The notes under the pieces: model-generated
What the model was told of the DNA's origin: nothing
Database searches by the model: none
What the model saw: the letters and a program-made list of their open reading frames with translations, nothing else
Shown here: piece after piece, positions 13,915 to 22,263 of the stretch
Layout: each line of letters begins with the position of its first letter
Numbering within the stretch: position 1 is the stretch's first letter
Assembly (NCBI GenBank): GCA_945868845.1
Contig: CAMBMS010000014.1
Coordinates: forward strand, 2,592 to 66,591
Direction of reading: 5' to 3'
Length of the DNA: 64,000 nt
DNA from: Asaia bogorensis
Lineage (GTDB): Bacteria; Pseudomonadota; Alphaproteobacteria; Acetobacterales; Acetobacteraceae
Translations under genes and position numbers: made by a program

Positions 13915-14484
13915 TCAGGCGGCTCCCTTCATGGCGTATTGCAGGCGCTGGAGGCGGGATTTCAAGGAGGTGTCATAGAGGCGGGCGCCGATTTTCACGA
14001 CCAGTCCGCCCAACAAGGTAGTGTCCACTTGCTCGATCAGGTTCACGTTGCCATAGCCAGCTTCGATTAGCCGCGCGCGCAGGGCTTGGCGTTGTGTGTC
14101 GGTCAACGGATGGGCGGTGGCAACATGGGCGGTGATCACGCCGCGCTTTTCGGCCACTAGGGCCGCGAAGGCGGCGACGATGCCGCGCAGGGCGCGCAGC
14201 CGGCGATTGGCGGTGATGACGCCGACGAAATCGCGCACGATCTTGCCAAACCCGTGGTTTTCGAGCACCGCTAAGGCGGCCCGCGTCGCCTGGTTCACGT
14301 CGATCAGTGGAGAATCCAGCAAGCGGCGGAATTCCGGGCTGGCTTCGATCAGTCGCGCCAGGGTTTCCATCTCCGCGACCGTTGCGTCCAGCGCATACTG
14401 ATCGTCGGCATGGGCATAAAGCGCCGCGGCATAGCGATCGACGAGACCGCCGCCTGATGAAATGGTCGTGCTGCCTGACGCCAC
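13915..14484 (-). CDS. atpH: F0F1 ATP synthase subunit delta (OSCP)
   Basis: 189 aa. First gene of the F1 operon, with its stop 1 nt before the atpA start; C-terminus reads [20 protein letters not shown]. Confidence 0.9.
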   Translation of the reverse strand: MASGSTTISSGGGLVDRYAAALYAHADDQYALDATVAEMETLARLIEASPEFRRLLDSPLIDVNQATRAALAVLENHGFGKIVRDFVGVITANRRLRALRGIVAAFAALVAEKRGVITAHVATAHPLTDTQRQALRARLIEAGYGNVNLIEQVDTTLLGGLVVKIGARLYDTSLKSRLQRLQYAMKGAA

Positions 14485-14669
14485 GATCTAGGTTCCTCAG
14501 TCATGGGGCCGGATGAAAAACAAGCGGGCAAAAAACAAACTGGGGCGCCCCGGCGCGCGGCGTCTAGCACGGGTTTTCCCCAGCGGCAACCGGCCGGGGG
14601 CCACAAGCTCACACTGTTCCGCTCCCGGGAAACATTACGCCATCGATCTGACGAGTTTAATATCTACGG

Positions 14670-15005
14670 ATGCAAGGCGGTCCCGCAAAAGTCGGCGCCT
14701 ATGTCGCCAGGGTCGGCCTCTCCGCCCCGCTCGATCGCGTCGAGCGGGGCGAAAAAACCGTCATCACCCGCCATAACCGATCCGTCGCCCGGTTGATCCC
14801 CGAAGGCCAGGGCCAGAACGTCGCCGCCGCTTACGCCGCCGTTCCCGTGCTGACCCGGCTGCGCGCTCCTCCTCCGCGTGGCCGAGGGGGCTGGTCGAGC
14901 GATACGAAACTGGTCACCACGACCCCAACGAAGGCGGGCATGAATATCCCGATATATCTGAACGTCAGGCTCTTATCTTTATACGAGTCAGTGTCCACAG
15001 TTTAG
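14670..15005 (+). pseudogene. Phd/YefM-type antitoxin-like ORF, probably degenerate and without a partner toxin
   Basis: The N-terminal part VGAYVARVGLSAPLDRVERGEKTVITRHNRSVARLIPEG resembles the Phd/YefM antitoxin core (xGAYEAKTHLSxLLDRVExGExItITRHGrPVARLvP). The C-terminal half is low-complexity and runs into an AT-rich tail. No PIN or other toxin ORF follows. Confidence 0.3.
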
Positions 15006-15012
15006 AGCATTT

Positions 15013-15672
15013 TTACCTAGACGGGCACGAGCCCGCGTCCCCAGGCTCCGATTTCACTTCTGGCTGATAAAAATCGGGCCAACGGCGTTGCACGATTTCC
15101 CGTCCGGCACCAAAGGCGTAGCAGCTGTCGATCTGCAGCGGACGCCCTTCTGCGTTGGACCGCTCTAGCTCAGCGTTCCGGATCACAGCCATCGACTGTA
15201 CGGCGGCGGTAGCCATCGGTATTAGTAGTTCCATCAAATGCGTGCAGCTGCGCGCACCGGCCAGACGGGCTCGCACTTCACGGCTCCAGCCACTGCCCAT
15301 GCGTGCGCCAACCATTGCCTGTAACGCGGTGCCGCCGCCCAGGCAGACGGGGAATGGGGTGGAATCCATGAAGCTGGTCACGCTGTGCACCATCATGTGC
15401 TCATCGAAAACCAGCCGCACGCCCATGTCGTGTAAGGGTGTCTCGGCCGGCACTACATTGCCAAAACCTGCCGGCACGTAGTCGGCCGGCTTGCGGTCGG
15501 TCACGCGGCCTTCAACCTCAAACAGCCCATCGCTGCGCTGGTAGCCGCGCATTTCGATGTGGCGGGTATGTAATTCTTCTCTTGTTACCTGGGCACTGCC
15601 AGGGGCGGGCGTGTGGGCGATTTCGTCGGTCATGGCACCTAGCTGCATCCATTCGCCGTGACTTTCAAGCAT
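15013..15672 (-). CDS. DUF2889 domain protein
   Basis: 219 aa. The pattern ...RSDGLFEVEGRVTDRKP...GVRLVFDEHMMVHSV...ARSCTHLMELLIPMATAAVQ matches my recollection of the DUF2889 family (CTHLxELL motif). Start uncertain. Confidence 0.6.
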   Translation of the reverse strand: MLESHGEWMQLGAMTDEIAHTPAPGSAQVTREELHTRHIEMRGYQRSDGLFEVEGRVTDRKPADYVPAGFGNVVPAETPLHDMGVRLVFDEHMMVHSVTSFMDSTPFPVCLGGGTALQAMVGARMGSGWSREVRARLAGARSCTHLMELLIPMATAAVQSMAVIRNAELERSNAEGRPLQIDSCYAFGAGREIVQRRWPDFYQPEVKSEPGDAGSCPSR

Positions 15673-15801
15673 TTTTCGTCGTCAGCCAACTGCCTGGTTC
15701 AATGCATCACGCCCATGGCTAGCGGGGGACGTTGGAAAATCCGTATTCCACTCCGAGTGCATACCCAATTAATGATTTACAAGAACCCGAACGGCGATGA
15801 T

Positions 15802-16065
15802 GCGCCGTTCTTTGTCAGCTTAACTGCCCAATGTAGCAGGCGGAGACTTCGGACGCGGGGATGGTCGGCTTTAGGCCATAAGGGCCTGCCACCCGGCCAT
15901 GGTGGCAGAGCGGGTTGCCGTGTCAGTCTGTCGGCTAATCAGTTGATGCTGTTGGTCGAAGTGACGATGGATGGAGCCATGCACGGCGACGAATTTCTGC
16001 AGCGTCCCCATGCGCCGGAAGCAAAGCATTGGCTGCTCGCGTCGCCGGAATGGCTGGTGAGAGTT
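15802..16065 (-). mobile_element. IS6-family relic (3' part of the transposase only), inverted copy of the relic at 8833-9586
   Basis: The reverse complement of about 15905-16065 aligns base-for-base with 9387-9545 at roughly 85% identity by eye (...ccagccattc[c/t]ggcgacgcgagc...gcttccggcgcatggggacgctgcagaaattcg...). The minus strand encodes ...FRRMGTLQKFVAVHGSIHRHFDQQHQLISRQTDTATRSATMAGWQALMA*. A possible terminal repeat at 15802-15818 matches 8833-8849 at 12 of 17 positions. The relic is cut at 16065/16066 by the IS3 relic. Confidence 0.55.
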
Positions 16066-16722
16066 TGAACCGCCCTGGGTTTGTTGGAGGCTCCATCTTC
16101 TGAGAAGGTGGAGCGATGATGAGCAAGACGACGAACAAGTATTCCCCTGAGGTTCGTGCCTGGGCGGTGCGGCCGGTGCTGGATCATGTGAACCGGCGGC
16201 TCAAGGTGGCCCGGCCAAATGCGCTGTGGGTCTCTGGCTTCACTTATGTACGGACATAGGTAGGGTTCGTCTATGTCACCTGCGTCATTGATGCCTACGC
16301 CCGTCACATCGTCGGCGGGCAGTTTTCTCGGGCGGTGCATGCGGGCTTCGTGTTGGCTGCTTTCGAGCAGGCCCTGCATGACCGGCGGCCGATCCATCGC
16401 AGCGGACTCATCCATCACAGAAGCCGCGGCGGTCAGTACGTCTCGATCAAATACACCAAGCGTCTGGTAGAAGCTGGTATCGAGCCCTCGGTGGGTAACG
16501 TGGGAGACAGCTGCGATAATGCTCTCGCCGAGACCATTAACGGCCTTTACAAGGCGGAGGTGACTTGGCGGGGTGGACTGGTTCAACCATCGGCGGCTAT
16601 TGGAGCCCATCGGAAGCATCCCGCCCGCCGAAGCCGAAGAACGTTATGATGTCTTGCTAGAATAATAAGCCTTGGCAGCATGACTAAAATAAAACAGCCT
16701 TCAGGAAAACCCGGCCTGCTCA
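16066..16722 (+). mobile_element. IS3-family insertion sequence relic with large internal deletions
   Basis: Ends TGAACCGCCCTGGGTTTGTTGGAGG (16066-) and CCTTCAGGAAAACCCGGCCTGCTCA (-16722) form imperfect IS3-type TG...CA inverted repeats. The orfA N-terminus MMSKTTNKYSPEVRAWAVRPVLDH is fused to orfB fragments: RPNALWVSGFTYV, VIDAYARHIVG, GGQYVSIKYTKRLVEAGIEPSVGNVGDSCDNALAETINGLYKAEV, and (other frame) LEPIGSIPPAEAEERY. Only 657 bp remain, against 1.2-1.5 kb for an intact IS3 member. Confidence 0.7.
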
Positions 16723-16778
16723 GATCTTCTCTTGCCGAGCCATCTTCCCCGTTTCGACAATTCCGATGACGGACAGTC

Positions 16779-17111
16779 CTAGGTGACCATCACACGCGCT
16801 GTGGTGTTCACCGTCCGGTCCTGTTCGTCAGTCCAAGTGAAGGTAAATTCCGCAGACGACTCCATGCGTACGAAGATCGTGTGATAGGGATTCGTCGCCG
16901 TTCCATTCCGCAGTTCGGCGGCAAAGATCATGGTGCCGTCGCGGCGGATCTGGAGGCGGTTCAGCATGTTGCGCAGTGGCGCGGCGCTCCCGTCATGGCG
17001 AATGCCGGATTCCATGGTATGCTGCATCAATGTACGAATTTCGATGACCTCGCCTCGCTTCGCGGCGTGGGGGATGCGGATGCGCGGTAGAGAGAGCGGT
17101 ATCGTGCTCAT
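16779..17111 (-). CDS. soxZ: thiosulfate-oxidation carrier complex protein SoxZ
   Basis: IRIPHAAKRGEVIEIRTLMQHTMESGIRHD...NPYHTIFVRMESSAEFTFTWTDEQ is typical of SoxZ. ATG 17111 overlaps the soxY stop as ATGA. Confidence 0.85.
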   Translation of the reverse strand: MSTIPLSLPRIRIPHAAKRGEVIEIRTLMQHTMESGIRHDGSAAPLRNMLNRLQIRRDGTMIFAAELRNGTATNPYHTIFVRMESSAEFTFTWTDEQDRTVNTTARVMVT

Positions 17112-17569
17112 GCCAGGCATCCTCCAGTCGTCACCTTCAGCGACACAACGGCGCGACGCACCTGGCCATCTGCATGCACGGCCAGCGCGATCACCGCCTG
17201 TTCCTCCGCGATGCGAATACGCGTTTGCACCTCAGCGCGCGCCAGGGCAGGACTAAGGTGGAAGCTCGCGATGCCTGGCGTCGGATTGCGCGTGGCAAAC
17301 AGGTGGATGGCGGCGACGTAGTCAGTTACCGTCATCGGGCTGTCCGCGATGACGATCAGCGGCACCTGGGCGCCATTTTCTGCCGTCCCAGGCAGGCGCA
17401 ACTCCACGCCGCCATCGATGATTGGCGCGTCGCCGATGCGTTCGCGTATGGCGGCCATCAGATCAGCTTCCGTCATGCCGGCTTCGGCGGTGCCTGCGAG
17501 CACTGCCGTCCATGGCAGCGCGAGCAAAGCCACTGTCCCGCGCATTGCATGGCGGCGGCCCAGACGCAT
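17108..17569 (-). CDS. soxY: thiosulfate-oxidation carrier protein SoxY
   Basis: Tat-like signal (RRHAMRGTVALLAL), ENGAQVPLIVIAD, and a C-terminal carrier-arm cysteine in KVTTGGCLA. Confidence 0.85.
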   Translation of the reverse strand: MRLGRRHAMRGTVALLALPWTAVLAGTAEAGMTEADLMAAIRERIGDAPIIDGGVELRLPGTAENGAQVPLIVIADSPMTVTDYVAAIHLFATRNPTPGIASFHLSPALARAEVQTRIRIAEEQAVIALAVHADGQVRRAVVSLKVTTGGCLA

Positions 17570-18849
17570 CAGGCGAACATGTCGTATGTGAGAGAACGGT
17601 ACCAGGCATCAGCATTGGTCGATTCCTGCTTGCGCAGATCCGGTAGATCACCACGCTGGGATACGCCGCCAGAATTCGGCACTTCCGCGATCGTTGTGTC
17701 CGTCGGGCGGTAGATACCGACCACGGAGATCCCGTAGTTTGGGCCGACATGGCTGTAGCAGGTGTTGAAATACACTGCTTCTGGGGGTGCTTCGCCCCGC
17801 AGTAGCGCAGCGGCGCTGGCCACTGCCTGTTTAGCGGTATTGGACGCGACATAACCCGATTTCGGCATCGGCGTTCCGTTACAGGCATCACCGATCACAT
17901 GAATGCCGGGCGATGACTTCGCCTCGAACGTCTTGTGATTTACCGGTACCCAGCCGGACGCATCGGCAAGCCCTGCATCCAGGGCGATCTTCGCCGCGGA
18001 CTGTGGCGGAATTACGTTCGCCACCGCCACTCTATGCTTCACGCCGAACTCGCTGATCAGGAGCTTCTCCTTCGCGTCGACCTTTACCACCTTACCGTCT
18101 CTCGCCAGCGGGACCCATTCGATCATGTCGCCGTAAAGTGCCTTCCAGGCATCCTGGAACAGCCCCTGCTTGCTGAATGCGTCCTTTGCGTCCAGCGCCA
18201 GGATCTTGGATTTTGGTTTCGCCTTTTTAAGGTAGTCAGCGATCATGCTGATTCGCTCATACGGCCCGGGCGGGCAGCGGAACGGATTGGCCGGGATCGC
18301 TAGGCCCACCAAGCCGCCATCCGGCATCGCTTCCAGTTGGCGGCGTAGCAGTAAGGTCTGCGCACCGTCGCCTTGAATCCACGCATGCGGCATCTGTTGC
18401 GCGGCCGCCTCGTCATAGCCTTCTAGGGCATCCCACTTGATGGATATGCCAGGGGAGACGATCAGCCTGTCATAGGTTACAACGGTTCCGCTGCGCGTCT
18501 TCACCGTCTTTTTCGTGGCGTCGATCGCCACCACCCAGTCGGGAATCAGCTTGATGCCGTGCTGCTTCAGCCCGTCATAGGAATGGGTGATGTCGGCCAG
18601 CTTGCGCGTACCGGCCAGCACCAGGTTGGAATAGGGACAGGTGATGAATTTCGGTTGAGGCTCGATCATCGTCACGTCCATCCAGGGATAGTTCATGCGT
18701 GCGAAGCGCGCCGCCGTGGCGCCGCCGAACCCGCCACCGATGACAACTAGGCGCGCCTTCGCCTGCTGCGCGTGCAAAATCGATGGGGTTGTAAGAAGCG
18801 AGGCGCCGGAGGCCGCGAAGAGCGCGCGGCGGGACATGATGCGGCTCAT
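17569..18849 (-). CDS. fccB: flavocytochrome c sulfide dehydrogenase, flavoprotein subunit (FccB/SoxF type)
   Basis: 426 aa with a Tat signal (SRRALFAASGASLL), FAD fold (VVIGGGFGGATAA), RCPPGPYERISM and IHVIGDAC, as in FCSD flavoprotein subunits. Confidence 0.85.
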   Translation of the reverse strand: MSRIMSRRALFAASGASLLTTPSILHAQQAKARLVVIGGGFGGATAARFARMNYPWMDVTMIEPQPKFITCPYSNLVLAGTRKLADITHSYDGLKQHGIKLIPDWVVAIDATKKTVKTRSGTVVTYDRLIVSPGISIKWDALEGYDEAAAQQMPHAWIQGDGAQTLLLRRQLEAMPDGGLVGLAIPANPFRCPPGPYERISMIADYLKKAKPKSKILALDAKDAFSKQGLFQDAWKALYGDMIEWVPLARDGKVVKVDAKEKLLISEFGVKHRVAVANVIPPQSAAKIALDAGLADASGWVPVNHKTFEAKSSPGIHVIGDACNGTPMPKSGYVASNTAKQAVASAAALLRGEAPPEAVYFNTCYSHVGPNYGISVVGIYRPTDTTIAEVPNSGGVSQRGDLPDLRKQESTNADAWYRSLTYDMFA

Positions 18850-19157
18850 CGGCTTGCTCCTGGAGGTTTCTGGGCGGCAAAGAAGGCGGCGACAGCTGCG
18901 ATCTCCGCATCCGTGTAGCCGCGCGCGATGCGGCCCATGATGCTGGCCGGTCTTTCGTTCTTACGGAACGCCTGCATGGATGCTTCGATATCCGCTTTTG
19001 GTCGCCCGGCGAGGGGCGGAATGGGTTGCGATCCCGCGCCGGCTTGGCCGTGGCAACCCACACAGCCCTGCGCGGCTAGCGGCGCTTGCGCCCAGCTCGG
19101 GGCGGACCCAGCGATGAGTAGCGCAGCCCAGGTTGCGGTCAGAGTTCCGTGCCTCAA
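18846..19157 (-). CDS. fccA: monoheme c-type cytochrome (FccA/SoxE-like partner of FccB)
   Basis: 103 aa with a signal peptide and a single CVGCH heme-binding motif. Overlaps the fccB start by 4 nt. Confidence 0.7.
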   Translation of the reverse strand: MRHGTLTATWAALLIAGSAPSWAQAPLAAQGCVGCHGQAGAGSQPIPPLAGRPKADIEASMQAFRKNERPASIMGRIARGYTDAEIAAVAAFFAAQKPPGASR

Positions 19158-19366
19158 TGTTCTCTCCCTTTTTTCCGTCGGCCATGTTCCAGCGTTTGGA
19201 GTAACTGAGTTTTTCGCGCCTGAGCGTGCCGAATGATTTCAGCACTTTTTCCGCGCTGTCAAACAGTTGGAAGAATTATTAACCAAACAGATTGGGCGAG
19301 AAAAATTAACTCCTTAGCAGCCGAATGAAGATGAAAAACTTGCGCCCTGCGTCTCATGGTGGGCCG

Positions 19367-20662
19367 TCACTGGCGTGACGAAACCGGCCGATTCATCCCG
19401 AAGACGGGTCGCAACTTCATGCCGAGCAGGTTACCCGCCAGGGCCGGCACGATCCACACCCAGCCATGCAAGCTGCCCGAAGCGGTGCCCGAAATCCATG
19501 CGCTGATATTGCATCCGGATGCGATTACTGCCCCCACCCCCAGTAACAGCCCGCCCACTAGGGAGGCGAGCACATGGCCCGGGCACGGCCACGCCATTCG
19601 CGCTGCCCGATCTGTCAGAGATGCGGCAAACAGCGCGCCCAGCATGAGGCCTAAATCCATCGCCGTAATCCGGTCGCCGCCCAGCGGGCGCAGCAGCGCC
19701 TCGGTCCGTGTTGGATCTTCCCAGTATGCCCAGAAGGCTGGGTCATCCCAGTTCAACGCTTCCACCGCCTTGGCGCCCCACAGGGGAAAGGCCGCGGTGA
19801 TCGCCCAAGGCCGGCCCATCAGCACAAGCGTGGCAAGGTTGAGCAGCGCCAAGCCTGCCGCGCCCCAAAGCAAGGGCCATGGCCCCCAAAGTCGTGATGC
19901 TCCCCCCATCCCGCCCGTCTGCTTATCTTCCCCTTGCTCTGGGCGCCAGCGTAGCGTCGCCACTTGCCCATGACGCGCGCGTTCCAGCGCCTGGACGAGG
20001 GCGTAGAGGCCGCCGATGATAATAAATGTTCCCAACAGTGTCGGCCATAACCCGAATTCGGCCGCGAGCGCGACGGGTGGCAGGGCCGGCAAGCCGTTCC
20101 AGAGTTCCGCGTGCCATGCTGCTAGCGTGGCGCCGATGACAAAGCAGGCGAGTGTCAGCCACATCCGCATGCTGCCCGCGCCAGCGGCGTAGAGCGTGCC
20201 CGAGCCACAGCCACCGCCAAGCTGCATTCCTATACCAAACAGAAATGCTCCGATCAGCGTCGCGACACCCGTTGGAAAAACCAAACCGCGCATGGGCAGC
20301 CCGAATAAACTGTTCCCGGCTACCACCGGCAGGATTAGCAACGTTGTTAGTGCTAGCAATACCAGTTGGGCCCGAAACATCGCGCTCAGCCGTGCGCCCA
20401 ACAATAGCCGGAAGCTGCCAGCGAAGCTGAAGCTGCATTGGAACAGGGTGAGACCAAGGGCGGCCCCGAGCGGCCATGCTATAGCCTGCCACCACCCGGC
20501 ATTCATCGCGGTCCAAACCATGCCGGCCAACAACAGGCCAGTTGCCGCATAGGGGATCAGACGCTGCCGCTTCGAATCTACGCTTGCGCTGCTTGGAGCG
20601 GTCACATCGCCAAGAGTAGGCGCAGGATCGAGTGATTGCTCGTGTTCAGGTTGGGGACACAA
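19367..20662 (-). CDS. YeeE/YedE family (thiosulfate/sulfur-compound transporter-like) membrane protein, two-domain form
   Basis: A polytopic membrane protein with the two conserved Cys loops QLGGGCGSGTLY and VIASGCNISAWI. Start uncertain because the N-terminal roughly 45 aa may not be coding. Confidence 0.8.
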   Translation of the reverse strand: MCPQPEHEQSLDPAPTLGDVTAPSSASVDSKRQRLIPYAATGLLLAGMVWTAMNAGWWQAIAWPLGAALGLTLFQCSFSFAGSFRLLLGARLSAMFRAQLVLLALTTLLILPVVAGNSLFGLPMRGLVFPTGVATLIGAFLFGIGMQLGGGCGSGTLYAAGAGSMRMWLTLACFVIGATLAAWHAELWNGLPALPPVALAAEFGLWPTLLGTFIIIGGLYALVQALERARHGQVATLRWRPEQGEDKQTGGMGGASRLWGPWPLLWGAAGLALLNLATLVLMGRPWAITAAFPLWGAKAVEALNWDDPAFWAYWEDPTRTEALLRPLGGDRITAMDLGLMLGALFAASLTDRAARMAWPCPGHVLASLVGGLLLGVGAVIASGCNISAWISGTASGSLHGWVWIVPALAGNLLGMKLRPVFGMNRPVSSRQ

Positions 20663-20941
20663 AGGGATGCTTTAACCGATTCGCAGATTGCCCGGTAACG
20701 GTCGATATTGATCTGGCCGACGTTGCTGTGACCAGATGTTATGCCAGGGTCTGCTCCCGTTCAAGTTCCGGCCTGACCGCGTCATCCGCCGCCTGTGAGA
20801 CCCCGGCGGCTTTGACAGTAGGCAATTCACGATGGGCCTCATTGCGCAGTGTGCATACGATCACCATAGGCGTTCGGGATCAGCAGAAGGGGTGTGTTTC
20901 ACGACAGACCATATTCCCAGTGCCCTGGCCTGAACCCTATG

Positions 20942-21697
20942 TCAGCCGGCCAGCGCGCCGCCATCGATAGGCAGGATATGGCCGGTGACCTTGTGGGATT
21001 CGTCGCTGGCTAGGTAGAGCGCCGCGTATGCGATATCCATCGGCTCCATGGTGCCGAGTGGGCTGGCTGCGGCGAGGGTGTTGGAGGTGCCGTCCTCCAC
21101 CAGCAAGCGGCGCACGCGGTCGGTGAGGGTGACACCAGGGGCGACGGCGTTGACGCGGATCTTGTGCGGGGCGAATTCCACCGCCATCGAGCGGGTGAGC
21201 GCCGAGATGCCGCCCTTCGCCGCCGTGTAGGCGTCTTTCAGCGGCGTGCCCATTAGGGCGACGATGGAGGAAGCGTTGATAATCGATCCTCCACCCGCTT
21301 TGATCATCTCCGGCACCGCGAAGCGGCAACCGAGGAAGGTGCCGTAGAGATCGAGCTTGATGGCGCGCCAGAATTCCTCCAATGGCGCGGTGGTGGCGGG
21401 GCCATCGGCGGCGGTGGAGCCGCCGGCGTTATTATAGAGCACGTTTAGCTTGCCGAGGCGGGCGACGGTCTGCGCCACGGCGTTCTGTACCGAATCGGGG
21501 TCCGTGACATCGGTACGGATGGTGATGGCCTCGCCACCGATTTCGCGGATTAAGCGGGCGGTTTCATCCCCGGCCGCCTCGTTGATCTCGGCGATGGCGA
21601 TTTGCGCGCCTTCGCGGGCGAACAGCACCGCGCTGGCGCGGCCGATGCCGGTGCCGGCGCCGGTGATCAGCGCCACTTTTCCCTTCAGACGAGCCAT
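20942..21697 (-). CDS. SDR family oxidoreductase
   Basis: MARLKGKVALITGAGTGIGRASA..., NNAG, YTAAKGG, and C-terminus LASDESHKVTGHILPIDGG. ATG verified at 21697; the longer track ORF is an extension. Confidence 0.85.
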   Translation of the reverse strand: MARLKGKVALITGAGTGIGRASAVLFAREGAQIAIAEINEAAGDETARLIREIGGEAITIRTDVTDPDSVQNAVAQTVARLGKLNVLYNNAGGSTAADGPATTAPLEEFWRAIKLDLYGTFLGCRFAVPEMIKAGGGSIINASSIVALMGTPLKDAYTAAKGGISALTRSMAVEFAPHKIRVNAVAPGVTLTDRVRRLLVEDGTSNTLAAASPLGTMEPMDIAYAALYLASDESHKVTGHILPIDGGALAG

Positions 21698-21756
21698 CTT
21701 CTTTTCTCCCAGAGAATAAGGTTGGAGCTTAGGAACCCGGCGGGGGGGCGGCAAGT

Positions 21757-22263
21757 TCACGTGACGCCATGCGCAGCTTCGCGCAACAGCCCCACGACAT
21801 AGGGGAGGAGGGACCGCGCGGTTTCCACGTGGAAACGGTGCGGCAAGATGCGCCAGAGCACGATTTCGGCCTTGCCGAACAAAGTGCGGGTGCAGGCGCC
21901 GGTTGGAAAGACGCTGGGGTGCAGATCGAGCGGGCAACCGGTGTTGAGCGCGGTCGCGGCATGCGGGCCGGATATTTCTAGGCCGGCCTGGCGATGAGAA
22001 ATATCGATCAGGCCCTCGGCAGTGAGGGGATGATTCGCGAGTAGCAGGAATTCATCTGGGCCGAGCCAGAGCGCGTCTATGCCGTTGGTGCTGGCGGCAC
22101 GGCAGGCTGAGCGCGGCAGGCTGAGGCCGAGGGCTGTTTCCAGGGCATCCGCATCGCCGTATGCGATGGCGCGGTAGCGCGGCGGCTGCGCCTGGACAAT
22201 GAGTGGCGGCATGGCGAGGTCCAGCCCATCAAACGGGCTAGCGCGGATGAGGGCCTTAGCCAT
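21757..22263 (-). CDS. soxG: sarcosine oxidase family, gamma subunit
   Basis: Position after soxA (8-nt overlap) and the sequence LWLGPDEFLLL...ISHRQAGLEISGPHAATALNTGCPLDL are typical of SoxG. ATG verified at 22263. Confidence 0.8.
   Translation of the reverse strand: MAKALIRASPFDGLDLAMPPLIVQAQPPRYRAIAYGDADALETALGLSLPRSACRAASTNGIDALWLGPDEFLLLANHPLTAEGLIDISHRQAGLEISGPHAATALNTGCPLDLHPSVFPTGACTRTLFGKAEIVLWRILPHRFHVETARSLLPYVVGLLREAAHGVT

Noticed and set aside
15939-16619. 226-aa minus-strand ORF spanning the IS relics.
   Set aside because: It reads antisense through the IS3 relic and out of frame through the IS6 fragment. The plus-strand IS3 and minus-strand IS6 homologies explain the region.
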